Below, in pieces: positions 17,239 to 26,187 of a stretch of DNA of 64,000 nucleotides (positions are counted from its first letter, which is position 1; the number at the start of each line of letters is the position of its first letter). The stretch is from a virus, in IMG/VR virus record IMGVR_UViG_3300038856_000064, positions 32,001 through 96,000 of that record. One strand, written 5' to 3'. The position numbers and the translations under genes are program-made. The notes under the pieces are model-generated. The model searched no databases, had not been told where the DNA came from, and was given only the letters and a program-made list of their open reading frames with translations.

Positions 17239-18216
17239 TTACTCATCAGCATCTTCGTCATACTCACACATGTCACAGGCTGCTGTTGCTGCTATAACAA
17301 GTTTTGTTTTGGGTTGGGTATGAAAACCAATTGTTCTGATCGGATTTGTTGTTGTAGTTCCACCAGACGTAGCCTTGTAATAAACCTCTAATACTACACG
17401 ACACCAGGTACCACATTCGTCTACCTCAACATCTATCTTGTAGACCTTAGTGTCGGATTGATAATCAGGATTTGGGATGGTTCCATTTGGGTCTTCTGGA
17501 TCTGGAATAGTGGGTGGATTCTTCTCGTCTGTTACATCCTCCGCACCGTCGTTACTCCCAGACACATTATCGTTCTGTAGGGCATTTGAGTGCGTGGTCG
17601 GAGGATTGCCTACTACATTTGGACCCAGCGCACTCGTTAAATCACTACCTGTTCCAGTAAACGTTGTATTATTGGCACCACCAGTGAGTGCTCGTAATCC
17701 AGCCTCAGTAATGTTGCCAGTTGGTGCCACGGTTAACCAAACTTCCCAGGACCCCGTAGCCGTGCATGATGACTCAGATGTCTGAGCCGAACAATCCTTA
17801 CTCTGATCTCCACCAAGATCAACGATCTTAATATTGATTGCCTTGTACGCATCTACACCTTCGTTATCTTCATTCTCGTCGCGCTGGTCATCTTCAGATG
17901 GTGCATGGCCTCCACCTCCTGGTGGATCAATAACTGGAGAGCCTGGATTTTGCGGAGGATGTAGTTCGCCCTGTGGCCACTTTGACCATCCGCCAGGTAA
18001 CGCGCCCGCTTGGTTATAAGAAGTTGGATTACTAAGCCCCATATCACCATCGCCAGCATCACCCCCGCCAGGCTTTTCGTGCAAGTTGGGAGAAGAGCCA
18101 TTACCGCATGTTTGTGGTGCTGTTGGAGCAGAGCCAATACCTCCAGCAGGGTTCGGGGCGCCATCAGTCATCCACCCTACAGTCATTCCTACATAAGTAT
18201 CACATTTAGTTCCCAT
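17239..18216 (-). CDS. Gly/Pro/Thr/Asp-rich Cys-containing hypothetical protein
   Basis: 325-aa ORF with an AGGAG SD; low complexity. Confidence 0.65.
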   Translation of the reverse strand: MGTKCDTYVGMTVGWMTDGAPNPAGGIGSAPTAPQTCGNGSSPNLHEKPGGGDAGDGDMGLSNPTSYNQAGALPGGWSKWPQGELHPPQNPGSPVIDPPGGGGHAPSEDDQRDENEDNEGVDAYKAINIKIVDLGGDQSKDCSAQTSESSCTATGSWEVWLTVAPTGNITEAGLRALTGGANNTTFTGTGSDLTSALGPNVVGNPPTTHSNALQNDNVSGSNDGAEDVTDEKNPPTIPDPEDPNGTIPNPDYQSDTKVYKIDVEVDECGTWCRVVLEVYYKATSGGTTTTNPIRTIGFHTQPKTKLVIAATAACDMCEYDEDADE

Positions 18217-18228
18217 TTTATCTCCTAA

Positions 18229-21200
18229 TTAAATTTCGCAAGTATCATTATTACAATAGCGTTCGCCCTGCGCCTTTCCACCCCGTAGTGATGTCAAGCG
18301 CAACTTCTTAAGATCTTTTGAATACTCCTTATAGTCTTCTTCTGAACACTCTTGATAGGGCGCCTGTGAATAACTATGATCCTTGAGTGGCAGAAAACTA
18401 AGGGTCTTTACGTAAGAAGCCAAGTATTCAATAGCACTCTTGAGATCCCGCACCTCCTCTGGCCTGAATGTCACAGTAATACTAACTGAATTATCTGACC
18501 ACTTGTCTTGTAGTTCGCGAGCCAGACTAAGTTGTTCCCATAGAGAAATGTCAAACTTGCTCTTAGTGAAGTTCTTTTCTTCTACGGGAAAATAGACTAC
18601 TAGAGAGCCGCCGTGATCTCCGAATGCTTCTAAGGTTTCACCTGTCAGTCCATCCTTCATGTCACGTTCCCAATCTGCCGAACTACCTCCAGCAGCCTCA
18701 TATATTTCTTGATCAGTAGCTGCAAGCTCAATACGATAACCTGCGTTTATCAATTTATTGACAAGGGGGTGTTTAGCGGAGATACGGAATGTACGAAGGT
18801 AATATTTAGAATGGGTGCAATGAACACCGGGAGTCGCACCAGCCAGTAATGACACAGTCCCACTTGGTTTTACGGTGGTAACCTTAATTGAGGTAGGGAT
18901 ACCGAGCCATCTAGAATAGATTCTATCCCAATGTCTTACAACATCATAGCCCTTATCACAAAAATCCCCAAAGAATTCAGCAAAACCAAACTTCTTAAGC
19001 GCCTGTTGAACACCGGACATGGAAAGTCCAATGCGACGATTACTTAACATAACCTGATTAGTCAGTTGATTATGTGTCGGTACTAATGTTACGGTTTTTG
19101 CATACATAAACGCAAACTTTAGAGTTTCGTGATATTCCTCTGCGGATTCATGATTAGCTGGGAATGTTTCCACTAGGCAACATAGTTCACCGTGCCTAAG
19201 TCCTTGCTCGCCACAGTTAGACACACTCAATCCGCCCGTCCAATAGGTATGAGACGAATTATCTACTGTAATATCAAATACTTCGTAGTCACCCAGATAT
19301 TCAGTCTCTTGTTTGTTAGTAAATGTTGGGCGATCATTTGGACAATAACCTGCATCTAGACATACCTTAATCTTATCCATCTTGTATTGTTGGATAAAGC
19401 CAATGATGTTATAGAATCGCTCAATATCCTTTGTGATGTTAACATCATAGGATTCCTTACATTCATAGTCACCATTTTTGAATGACACAACCTTAGCTTT
19501 ATTGGTTGTAATATATGACCTTATACCTAGGATTGATAGTGCCAATTGTACATCGCGACCTAGCTGGCGAGATGCTGTCTTATAGGTTACTCTAACTGAG
19601 TTACTACCCTGATTTATAACGCTGCCATCCGCTGTGTATAACCCTCTTAAGAAAGAAGATAGCCTAGACGGATTCTTAAACATTCTTTGGGGAATACTTA
19701 ACTCATAAGACTTCACCTTTTCTTCTACTGTAATAGACGTAGAAACCTGGAGGTGATCACAAGATCCATCTCTCTGAAATCTATTGCCCAAGAATTCCAC
19801 TAGCTCAGACTTAAAATAATCCTTGTCGTCCTTTCCAATAATAAGGACTGGATATTGCTTATTCCTATTTTGTTGTTTCTTATAGTAACCATCCCCAAAA
19901 AACACACCGTCTGCCACGTAATTTGCTAATGGTGCAACTAAATCAGTATGATCCACACCCGCGATAGTCAGCACCTTATCAGCATGCCGAACTTCCTGCT
20001 TGCCTTCGGGAGTCTCAACTCTATGATTGGCTGTACCTGTAAATACCCCGCCAGTTGTGTAATGATTAAAAACTGGCTTAACGCCTGTAGACCACTTATT
20101 CAAGACCTTAGTCCAGCCTTCGCGAGACCAAATTTCATCACCAATCTCGATATCACCCATAGTCCGCAATCCATCCTTAGTGAGAATAGTTGCAAACTCA
20201 GGCTGGCATGGATTAAAGCCATCTACGTCGTCAAACTTGCTACTGGTCTCTGAGCGCCAACCATCCTTTAAGCGGCCATAGTGTCTTGCATTATTTAGAA
20301 ATATAAACCCTGGCTCTCCATTCTTCGCAACAGATTTTATAACATTACTGAAGTCACTATCTGGTGTAACAAAAATCGAATTATTAGATGCCCAACGACG
20401 ATCGTTAAGTTCTGCTTTGTAAAGCTCTGGATCCTTCATTCGAATAAAATCCGAATCATCTTCTTCACCAATAGCGATCTCGGCACCGCGACGCACATTG
20501 CCAGATACAACAAACTTTCCGATAAAATTCATGATGTCTGTGATATCTACTGATGTAAGGGTGTTGCCAACACGGGCATCTAGTAGTTTACGAATTGACT
20601 CTATACCTTTCTTAAGGGGTTCGGGACCACATGCGATACCACCGAAGCCCTTAATTGGTTCACCAGCTTTACGAATATTGTCATAACAGAAAAGAACCTT
20701 GGTCTGGTTTGGCTTACTATACGATTCTAACAATCGCTTAAGGGCTTCAACCCAACCCTCTCTAGTGTCAGGGATATCATAAACATCTCCAATGACTAAT
20801 CTAGAGTCTGGCCCCGCGCCTTTTACGGGAGCCTGCTCTGTAGTAAGCACGTCTTGTGGCTCATAGACAGTTGCCTTACCTGCGCCCTTGGTATCGAACC
20901 CAACACCGACACCTAGCATCATCATATCAGTCGTCCAAACAAACGGCATAGCGAAGTCACGATGGATGTCACGGGTGCTGATGAATCCGCAATTTTGTAA
21001 ACTGGCAGACCCTATTTTATCAACTACCGAAGTCCCCATAATCCAAAGTCCGCGACCAGGGGGAAGAAATTTAAACTCCCACATTTTTGTAAACATTTTT
21101 TGTGCAGTAGCCTGAGCCTTTTGCGGGTTCCACTCAAGCCCTATTCGCTTACAATGCTTGAACTGAATATTAAAAACACCTTCAACTACACGCTGGCATG

Positions 21201-21342
21201 TTTCCCAATACTCTTCTTGTTGTCCGTTGTCTTTTTCTCTAGCATATGTGCGTTTATACACAAAATAACTTAAGTCCCCAAAACCCCAATTAGGTTGCTT
21301 CCCCTCATACTGACTAATAAATAGATCTGATAACTTAAACAT
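18229..21342 (-). CDS. nrdJ: Class II (B12-dependent, monomeric RTPR-type) ribonucleotide reductase with intein
   Basis: RTYAR, PPGRGLW, SLQNC, GVGVGF, SGNVRRGAEI, NP/CGE, TTVKPSGTVSLLAG, C-terminal CNNDTC. Confidence 0.95.
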   Translation of the reverse strand: MFKLSDLFISQYEGKQPNWGFGDLSYFVYKRTYAREKDNGQQEEYWETCQRVVEGVFNIQFKHCKRIGLEWNPQKAQATAQKMFTKMWEFKFLPPGRGLWIMGTSVVDKIGSASLQNCGFISTRDIHRDFAMPFVWTTDMMMLGVGVGFDTKGAGKATVYEPQDVLTTEQAPVKGAGPDSRLVIGDVYDIPDTREGWVEALKRLLESYSKPNQTKVLFCYDNIRKAGEPIKGFGGIACGPEPLKKGIESIRKLLDARVGNTLTSVDITDIMNFIGKFVVSGNVRRGAEIAIGEEDDSDFIRMKDPELYKAELNDRRWASNNSIFVTPDSDFSNVIKSVAKNGEPGFIFLNNARHYGRLKDGWRSETSSKFDDVDGFNPCQPEFATILTKDGLRTMGDIEIGDEIWSREGWTKVLNKWSTGVKPVFNHYTTGGVFTGTANHRVETPEGKQEVRHADKVLTIAGVDHTDLVAPLANYVADGVFFGDGYYKKQQNRNKQYPVLIIGKDDKDYFKSELVEFLGNRFQRDGSCDHLQVSTSITVEEKVKSYELSIPQRMFKNPSRLSSFLRGLYTADGSVINQGSNSVRVTYKTASRQLGRDVQLALSILGIRSYITTNKAKVVSFKNGDYECKESYDVNITKDIERFYNIIGFIQQYKMDKIKVCLDAGYCPNDRPTFTNKQETEYLGDYEVFDITVDNSSHTYWTGGLSVSNCGEQGLRHGELCCLVETFPANHESAEEYHETLKFAFMYAKTVTLVPTHNQLTNQVMLSNRRIGLSMSGVQQALKKFGFAEFFGDFCDKGYDVVRHWDRIYSRWLGIPTSIKVTTVKPSGTVSLLAGATPGVHCTHSKYYLRTFRISAKHPLVNKLINAGYRIELAATDQEIYEAAGGSSADWERDMKDGLTGETLEAFGDHGGSLVVYFPVEEKNFTKSKFDISLWEQLSLARELQDKWSDNSVSITVTFRPEEVRDLKSAIEYLASYVKTLSFLPLKDHSYSQAPYQECSEEDYKEYSKDLKKLRLTSLRGGKAQGERYCNNDTCEI
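19216..20208 (-). mobile_element. 331-aa intein with LAGLIDADG endonuclease, inserted at the NP|CGE active site of NrdJ
   Basis: Starts CQPEFATILTKDG; block B TANH; LAGLIDADG-like DGVFFGDG and LRGLYTADG; block F VFDITV; ends VSN/C. Confidence 0.93.
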
Positions 21343-22614
21343 TCACTCTCCCCTCGTAAGTCTCTTGGGGTCAAAGATTTTAAATTCGTCAGGACTAGAC
21401 ATTTTTACACGAAGTATTTTCTCTGCTATATTACGAGCACCTAGAAATGCCAGACCAAACTTGTTACGACCGTGACCAATATTAACATAATGTCCAGCAT
21501 AATCTGGAAGCTCACCCATTAATGGTAGACAATCCTCAAGCTCGGTTTCGACATACGTCCACTGATGACTAATTTCCATATGATTAGTAATAGGAAAGTT
21601 GTGCATCATTACATTATCTAGTTGTCCCAATATTCTTTCATTATAACTAGTATCATTTACGTTATATAGGTCAGGATCTCGCTTAAGTCCCACCTTCCCC
21701 CCAGTCATAATTACAGAACGATCATACATACGAACAGAATCTAGTCCACCACCAAGCTCAATTGGCATAAGTGGAAGGGGCATGTCGTCTAGATCAGAAC
21801 TCAATGGCTGTGTTCGTACAGCATGCTCTCTACGGTAAACAATCTTTTCGATCACACGTTCGCATGGCACAGTTTGTGTAGTTGTATGGACAACCTTCCC
21901 GGCGGTTATAGTATGACCATTGGATAGCGTTATGCACGAATTACCATCTGAAGCCACCGAGTTCTTAGTAACCCTGGTATTATATACAACCCATATATTG
22001 TTCTTACGTAGTATACGCGCCAATTTATTACAGTAGGCAAACGGGTCGATCATACCTTCTCCGGGCACAAATAAAGATCCCTTCGTATATGGAACAACCA
22101 TTACATGTTGCGACTCATTATGGTCAAATCTGGCAGGATGAAAACCCCAACTAGATAAAAGTTTAGCACTATCATCCAACTCTTTAGCCTCTTTTGCAGT
22201 CGAAGCCATACGAAACCCGCCATTAAACTCAGCATCGCAAGGTAGCCCCGAACTTATTAATTCTTGTAGTTGTCTGTTATTCCTATTGCTGTAATTATAC
22301 AGCGCGCGAGCGACCTTCTCGCCATGCGCATCCTTCATCGCTTTTGCAGACCTATTACTTCCAAGATAGACACTACCATTCATGCGCCCACTAGCTCTAA
22401 AGGCGGCATACGGACCATCATCTAGAACCATGATCCTTAGGTTCTTACGCCTTTTCTTATTTACTAGGCGTAAGAGCCAGTAAGCCGTACTAATGCCGGC
22501 AAAGCCGGCACCTATAATGACTATATCTGCATAATGTGGGAGTTGAGGTTGGAGTGCGAAGTCTGGTGGAGTAACATCCCACCAGTGACTATACTTCTTC
22601 GTTAATGCACTCAT
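21343..22614 (-). CDS. FAD-dependent oxidoreductase (DAO/glycine oxidase/PuuB-like)
   Basis: DIVIIGAGFAG, ASGRMNG, LPLMGEL, GHGRNKFG. Confidence 0.85.
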   Translation of the reverse strand: MSALTKKYSHWWDVTPPDFALQPQLPHYADIVIIGAGFAGISTAYWLLRLVNKKRRKNLRIMVLDDGPYAAFRASGRMNGSVYLGSNRSAKAMKDAHGEKVARALYNYSNRNNRQLQELISSGLPCDAEFNGGFRMASTAKEAKELDDSAKLLSSWGFHPARFDHNESQHVMVVPYTKGSLFVPGEGMIDPFAYCNKLARILRKNNIWVVYNTRVTKNSVASDGNSCITLSNGHTITAGKVVHTTTQTVPCERVIEKIVYRREHAVRTQPLSSDLDDMPLPLMPIELGGGLDSVRMYDRSVIMTGGKVGLKRDPDLYNVNDTSYNERILGQLDNVMMHNFPITNHMEISHQWTYVETELEDCLPLMGELPDYAGHYVNIGHGRNKFGLAFLGARNIAEKILRVKMSSPDEFKIFDPKRLTRGE

Positions 22615-22615
22615 A

Positions 22616-22918
22616 TTAATTTAGTGAGAAGTCTTTATGATCAGAGCCCTGTTCGTCATCCAGTTTCATTGCTTGAGCCAATTTTAAAAGATTATCTTTA
22701 GCAAATTTTTCATCTTGACGTTTATACTTAATGACACAGAATTGGCAAACTTCAAGAAATCTTTCCTCACCACGAACCTCTACCGTTTCTTGACTTGGCT
22801 GTGTAAGTGTTCCGTCACTATTCGTATATTTTGTGAGACGATTTTTATTGCACGCTGGACATTTAACGTACTTGAGCGTGGGGATATCTTTAGTTACTTT
22901 GTGTTTCATATCATACAC
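22616..22918 (-). CDS. Small Zn-ribbon protein
   Basis: CPAC...CQFC. Confidence 0.6.
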   Translation of the reverse strand: MYDMKHKVTKDIPTLKYVKCPACNKNRLTKYTNSDGTLTQPSQETVEVRGEERFLEVCQFCVIKYKRQDEKFAKDNLLKLAQAMKLDDEQGSDHKDFSLN

Positions 22919-22921
22919 TAA
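22910..22921 (-). promoter_or_regulatory. Possible class A motif on the minus strand
   Basis: TTAGTGTATGAT at the gene junction; it overlaps the start codon, so its role is uncertain. Confidence 0.3.
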
Positions 22922-23395
22922 TCATTTACCAGTTGACCCGAATCCACCAGCGCCACGTTTAGTTTCTTTGGTGTCTGGGTATTCATAACTTACTCGCTCT
23001 TTTAAATCATAGATCTTTACAAAACGAGCCTGACCAATTCTGTCTCCAGCCTTAATTTCATACGGCTTACCGCTATGGTTGTATAGCAAAACCCTTAATA
23101 GTCCGCGATAATCAAAATCAATCTCTCCAGCCTCGACAGTAACCCCATTCTTATTTGCTAGGCCAGAGCGTGACCTAAAAACTATTGCATGCTTCTTAGG
23201 GATTGTAACAGCAACTAGGGTATTAATGAGGGCACTACCCACCCCAAGTATGGGATGGACTGCTGGAACAGTAACATCCACTGGAGAGATAAGGTCATAG
23301 GCCATCGAGTGCTTCGTGGCACGCCTTGGGACGAGGTCATCTCGCCCCTCTGGAACATGCCAAGTCACGAGGGGCTTGCGCCTAAATAAGGACAT
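22922..23395 (-). CDS. dut: Trimeric dUTPase
   Basis: AYDL, RSRSGL, GEIDFDYRG, GDRIGQ, RGAGGFGSTG. Confidence 0.95.
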   Translation of the reverse strand: MSLFRRKPLVTWHVPEGRDDLVPRRATKHSMAYDLISPVDVTVPAVHPILGVGSALINTLVAVTIPKKHAIVFRSRSGLANKNGVTVEAGEIDFDYRGLLRVLLYNHSGKPYEIKAGDRIGQARFVKIYDLKERVSYEYPDTKETKRGAGGFGSTGK

Positions 23396-23870
23396 CCCTC
23401 TCCTCTTCAAAGCCCAGCATGCGCGTCAGAGATTCTCTAATAAAATGAGCAAAAATCCCCATTTCCTCTTGACTGAAGAATATATTGACCCGTTTTGTTT
23501 GTCCCTCTGCCGTGCGACTTAATTTAACGGCAAAGTTGGGCTTTCCATTATATTCAGATGCAACAATTTCAAAAACACTTGTGCGACCACTCTCCTGCTG
23601 GCTATGAAGACACTTAACTTCTTTTTCTCTGCCACTAAATAGTGGCAACATCTTGCCAATATCAGCTACGCCAATCTTAAAGACGATCTTTCCCTCCCAA
23701 TCGAACTGATCCTTAGATCCGATCTCTAGCTTTGGCCCCTTTTGTGATGCCGCCTCTAGAAAAACAGCATGTTTATATGAATCGTAGGAAAACTGAAATG
23801 CCGCACCAGCGTCATCCTTTTTTAATGGCTTATAAACATTCCAGAATGGTTTGCGCTTACGCTCACTCAT
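23382..23870 (-). CDS. Whirly-like single-stranded nucleic acid binding protein
   Basis: VYK..AAF..VFLEAA..QFDWEGKIVFKIGVADIG..LH..EEMGIF..RMLGF parallels the Whirly pattern IYKGKAAL..LLQFAP..QYDWSRKQVFSLSVTEIG..FH..EFAVL..LLGW. Confidence 0.65.
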   Translation of the reverse strand: MSERKRKPFWNVYKPLKKDDAGAAFQFSYDSYKHAVFLEAASQKGPKLEIGSKDQFDWEGKIVFKIGVADIGKMLPLFSGREKEVKCLHSQQESGRTSVFEIVASEYNGKPNFAVKLSRTAEGQTKRVNIFFSQEEMGIFAHFIRESLTRMLGFEEERDVLI

Positions 23871-24724
23871 GACTTCTTCTTGCCTCTCTTAAGTTTCTTC
23901 TTGCGTTCGTGTAATAGACGTAGTGCCTTTCGAGCTTCGCCTGTAGTGAGTTCGGTTACAGAAAAGATCTCTCGTACCGTTATTTGCTCTAGCAAATCCT
24001 TAAGTGTAGTATCAAGCTCACCTAGTAACTTTTCAATAAGTTTAACTTGCTCGGGTTTAACGACACCATCGTCATCAGGCGTAAGCTCTTCTCCAGCATC
24101 TTTGTCAACTAACTCTTCTGCTGCATGCTCAGTAATGCCCAAAACCTTTCGCAAACATCTAGCTTCTGCCCTAGCAGAGGCTACTGCTGTTGGGAATAGC
24201 CCTAGCTCCTCACAATTAGAAAAGAAAGCATCTGCCGAATCGGAAAAGGTCCGACCATCCCTAAGGGTAATGCTAAAGGTCACGGATGCCATTGGGAAGT
24301 TGTGTGTGCCGACCTCTTCGTGTCGAGACATGACGTCGCCCTCACCATTAGTATTCTCTAGCACTCGAACGCGCTCTCTTGGCACAATGATTAGTGCGTT
24401 GACCTTGCTTTTTTCTGTGAGGATGAACGGCTTTGCAAGTCGGCGTAGACCATGTAGACGTGGGGCAGGCCCCTTTGGTGAGTTAAATACCTCGCCCTCT
24501 CGTAATTTTGACATCCAATCTTCGACATCTAGATCAACCTCGACCCCCTCATCTTCCGGAGCGCTTTCATCTTTATCAGGCTCAGGTCCTGGAGTTGGCT
24601 CGGGACTAGGGGTCTCATCTACGAAATTAAGCGGCAAACCTGCTTCTGCTGCTAGTTGTTCTGCATCTATAGTTTTTGCTTGATCACTAATTTTGTTCAA
24701 GATACCAGACCGATGGTTCACCAT
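23867..24724 (-). CDS. Rad52/Sak-like single-strand annealing protein
   Basis: FSDSADA...ASARAEARCLRKVLGI...AEEL core; C-terminal PEQVKLI...LTTGEARKAL helical domain. Confidence 0.6.
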   Translation of the reverse strand: MVNHRSGILNKISDQAKTIDAEQLAAEAGLPLNFVDETPSPEPTPGPEPDKDESAPEDEGVEVDLDVEDWMSKLREGEVFNSPKGPAPRLHGLRRLAKPFILTEKSKVNALIIVPRERVRVLENTNGEGDVMSRHEEVGTHNFPMASVTFSITLRDGRTFSDSADAFFSNCEELGLFPTAVASARAEARCLRKVLGITEHAAEELVDKDAGEELTPDDDGVVKPEQVKLIEKLLGELDTTLKDLLEQITVREIFSVTELTTGEARKALRLLHERKKKLKRGKKKS

Positions 24725-25451
24725 ATTCTTTTATCTCCTTAATCGCCTGTTCAATTCGATCAACTCTTAACTGACTAAGTGGACCGTTATTATCTTGGAT
24801 ACGCAATACGCTATATCCTATAGAGTTAATCATATCGTCTTTACGCGCATCACGCTCTTTTTGTTGAGCTAGATGTTCTTCTCCATAAATTGGCAGAAAA
24901 TGAGTAGGTCCGTCTACCTCAATAGCAATAAGCTCTTTTGGAAGTGCCAAATCTGTCTCGAAATCCTTACCACCTGTATAGTTTGTGGAACGTTCCTCAA
25001 CTAGATAACTACGCTTGCGTAGTTCTTCAGCAATGAAACGCTCTAAACGAGAGCCGTTACCTTGTGCTTCGCGCGACTTAGCCGATAATGTTTCCATCAT
25101 AGACCTACGATCTTGGTCGGACATACCAGCCCATTTACGTTGCCACGCTGCACCGATCTTACGCTTGACCTCAGTGCGCTCCTCATCAGTAAGACCATCC
25201 CAGAATTCACCTAGACTAGAAGAGATTCTCTTCCTTGTCTCGTCAGAATGCTTATGCCCCTTCATCTGATGATCATTTTCTTTGAGAAAATTCTTTTGGG
25301 CCTCACCTTTAGAGCGAGCAAATATGCCATTCTTTTTCATGAAGCGAGACAGTGTTGCTAGCGGAACTCCAACTTTTTTAGCTACGCCACGCATACTCAT
25401 CCCCTGATCTAGATAAAGTTCTCGAACTACCTGTATGTTTATCTCTACCAT
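24687..25451 (-). CDS. HTH + NUMOD3 + Vsr/DUF559-like endonuclease (putative homing endonuclease)
   Basis: MRGVAKKVGV HTH; GHKHSDETRKRIS NUMOD3; DLAL..IAIEVDGPTH..RDARKD..GYSVLRI. Confidence 0.75.
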   Translation of the reverse strand: MVEINIQVVRELYLDQGMSMRGVAKKVGVPLATLSRFMKKNGIFARSKGEAQKNFLKENDHQMKGHKHSDETRKRISSSLGEFWDGLTDEERTEVKRKIGAAWQRKWAGMSDQDRRSMMETLSAKSREAQGNGSRLERFIAEELRKRSYLVEERSTNYTGGKDFETDLALPKELIAIEVDGPTHFLPIYGEEHLAQQKERDARKDDMINSIGYSVLRIQDNNGPLSQLRVDRIEQAIKEIKEYGEPSVWYLEQN

Positions 25452-26143
25452 CAGGGCCTCAACATGTCGCTGTCATATTCTGGTGCTAATCTCTTAATTT
25501 CATCCACGATATCTTTTGCAGATCCGCCAAAAGAGCGCTGTAGTTGAAAAACCCCATGGGGGATCATTTTGCGAAACTCACTGACACGAGCTAGGGGGAC
25601 TCGGTATCCCTTTTTTGTTTTATTGGGGTCTAGACCTTCCGCAACTAACTGTCGCAAACGATCTTCCTTATTCTTTCTTTGGGCCTCTGCACGTCGTTCG
25701 GCAAGCTTTAGGTCAGACTCCTCAACAGTAGGCTCTTGAGGCTTTAATGCCTCTTGTTGCTCATCTAGACGAGCCTGAGCCTGGGTCTGATCAACCCTTC
25801 TTTGTACTTCGTCTTCCTCACGAGTCTCGGCGGCAGCATCGTCTAATTCTTTGATAATGCCACTATTTACTACATTGCGAGCATCTTCAACTGAGTTAAT
25901 TGCAAACGCCTTTAGTATACGGCGCACCTCTTCAGTGCCTACGTCGAAACGGGTTGATAAGAAGTGCACATCTGGGATATCACAATACATCCTAATTAAT
26001 GCCATTGCCCTCTTGGGAGACAGCTTTTGGGAAGCTGTCAACAACTTATTGCGCAATGCATCAGCTTTGCCACGATTCCATGCATCAATCTCGCCCTGCT
26101 TAATTGGTGGAACGTCCTCATTATTTAATCGCTTATCGTTCAT
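25451..26143 (-). CDS. Hypothetical coiled-coil protein
   Basis: AGGAGG SD downstream of a class B promoter. Confidence 0.7.
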   Translation of the reverse strand: MNDKRLNNEDVPPIKQGEIDAWNRGKADALRNKLLTASQKLSPKRAMALIRMYCDIPDVHFLSTRFDVGTEEVRRILKAFAINSVEDARNVVNSGIIKELDDAAAETREEDEVQRRVDQTQAQARLDEQQEALKPQEPTVEESDLKLAERRAEAQRKNKEDRLRQLVAEGLDPNKTKKGYRVPLARVSEFRKMIPHGVFQLQRSFGGSAKDIVDEIKRLAPEYDSDMLRP

Positions 26144-26159
26144 ACATACCTCCTACTTT

Positions 26160-26187
26160 ATTATGTGTCTATATAGTAGATTCGTCC
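26160..26187 (-). promoter_or_regulatory. Phage promoter class B
   Basis: GGACGAA-N11-GACACATAAT. Confidence 0.75.

Noticed and set aside
19069-19096. GACACATAAT match inside nrdJ
   Set aside because: It lacks the invariant ACG at the 11-nt spacing and simply encodes PTHN.
12968-23395. Thymine replacement (hmU or U DNA) as the GT acceptor
   Set aside because: ThyX, dUTPase and dCMP deaminase form an ordinary dTTP route, and no hydroxymethylase is in the window. It is not excluded for the rest of the genome.
23880-24683. Long antisense ORFs (for example 23880..24683 +, 5099..5749 -, 4141..4659 -)
   Set aside because: They are shadows of well-supported opposite-strand genes and have no motifs or SD.
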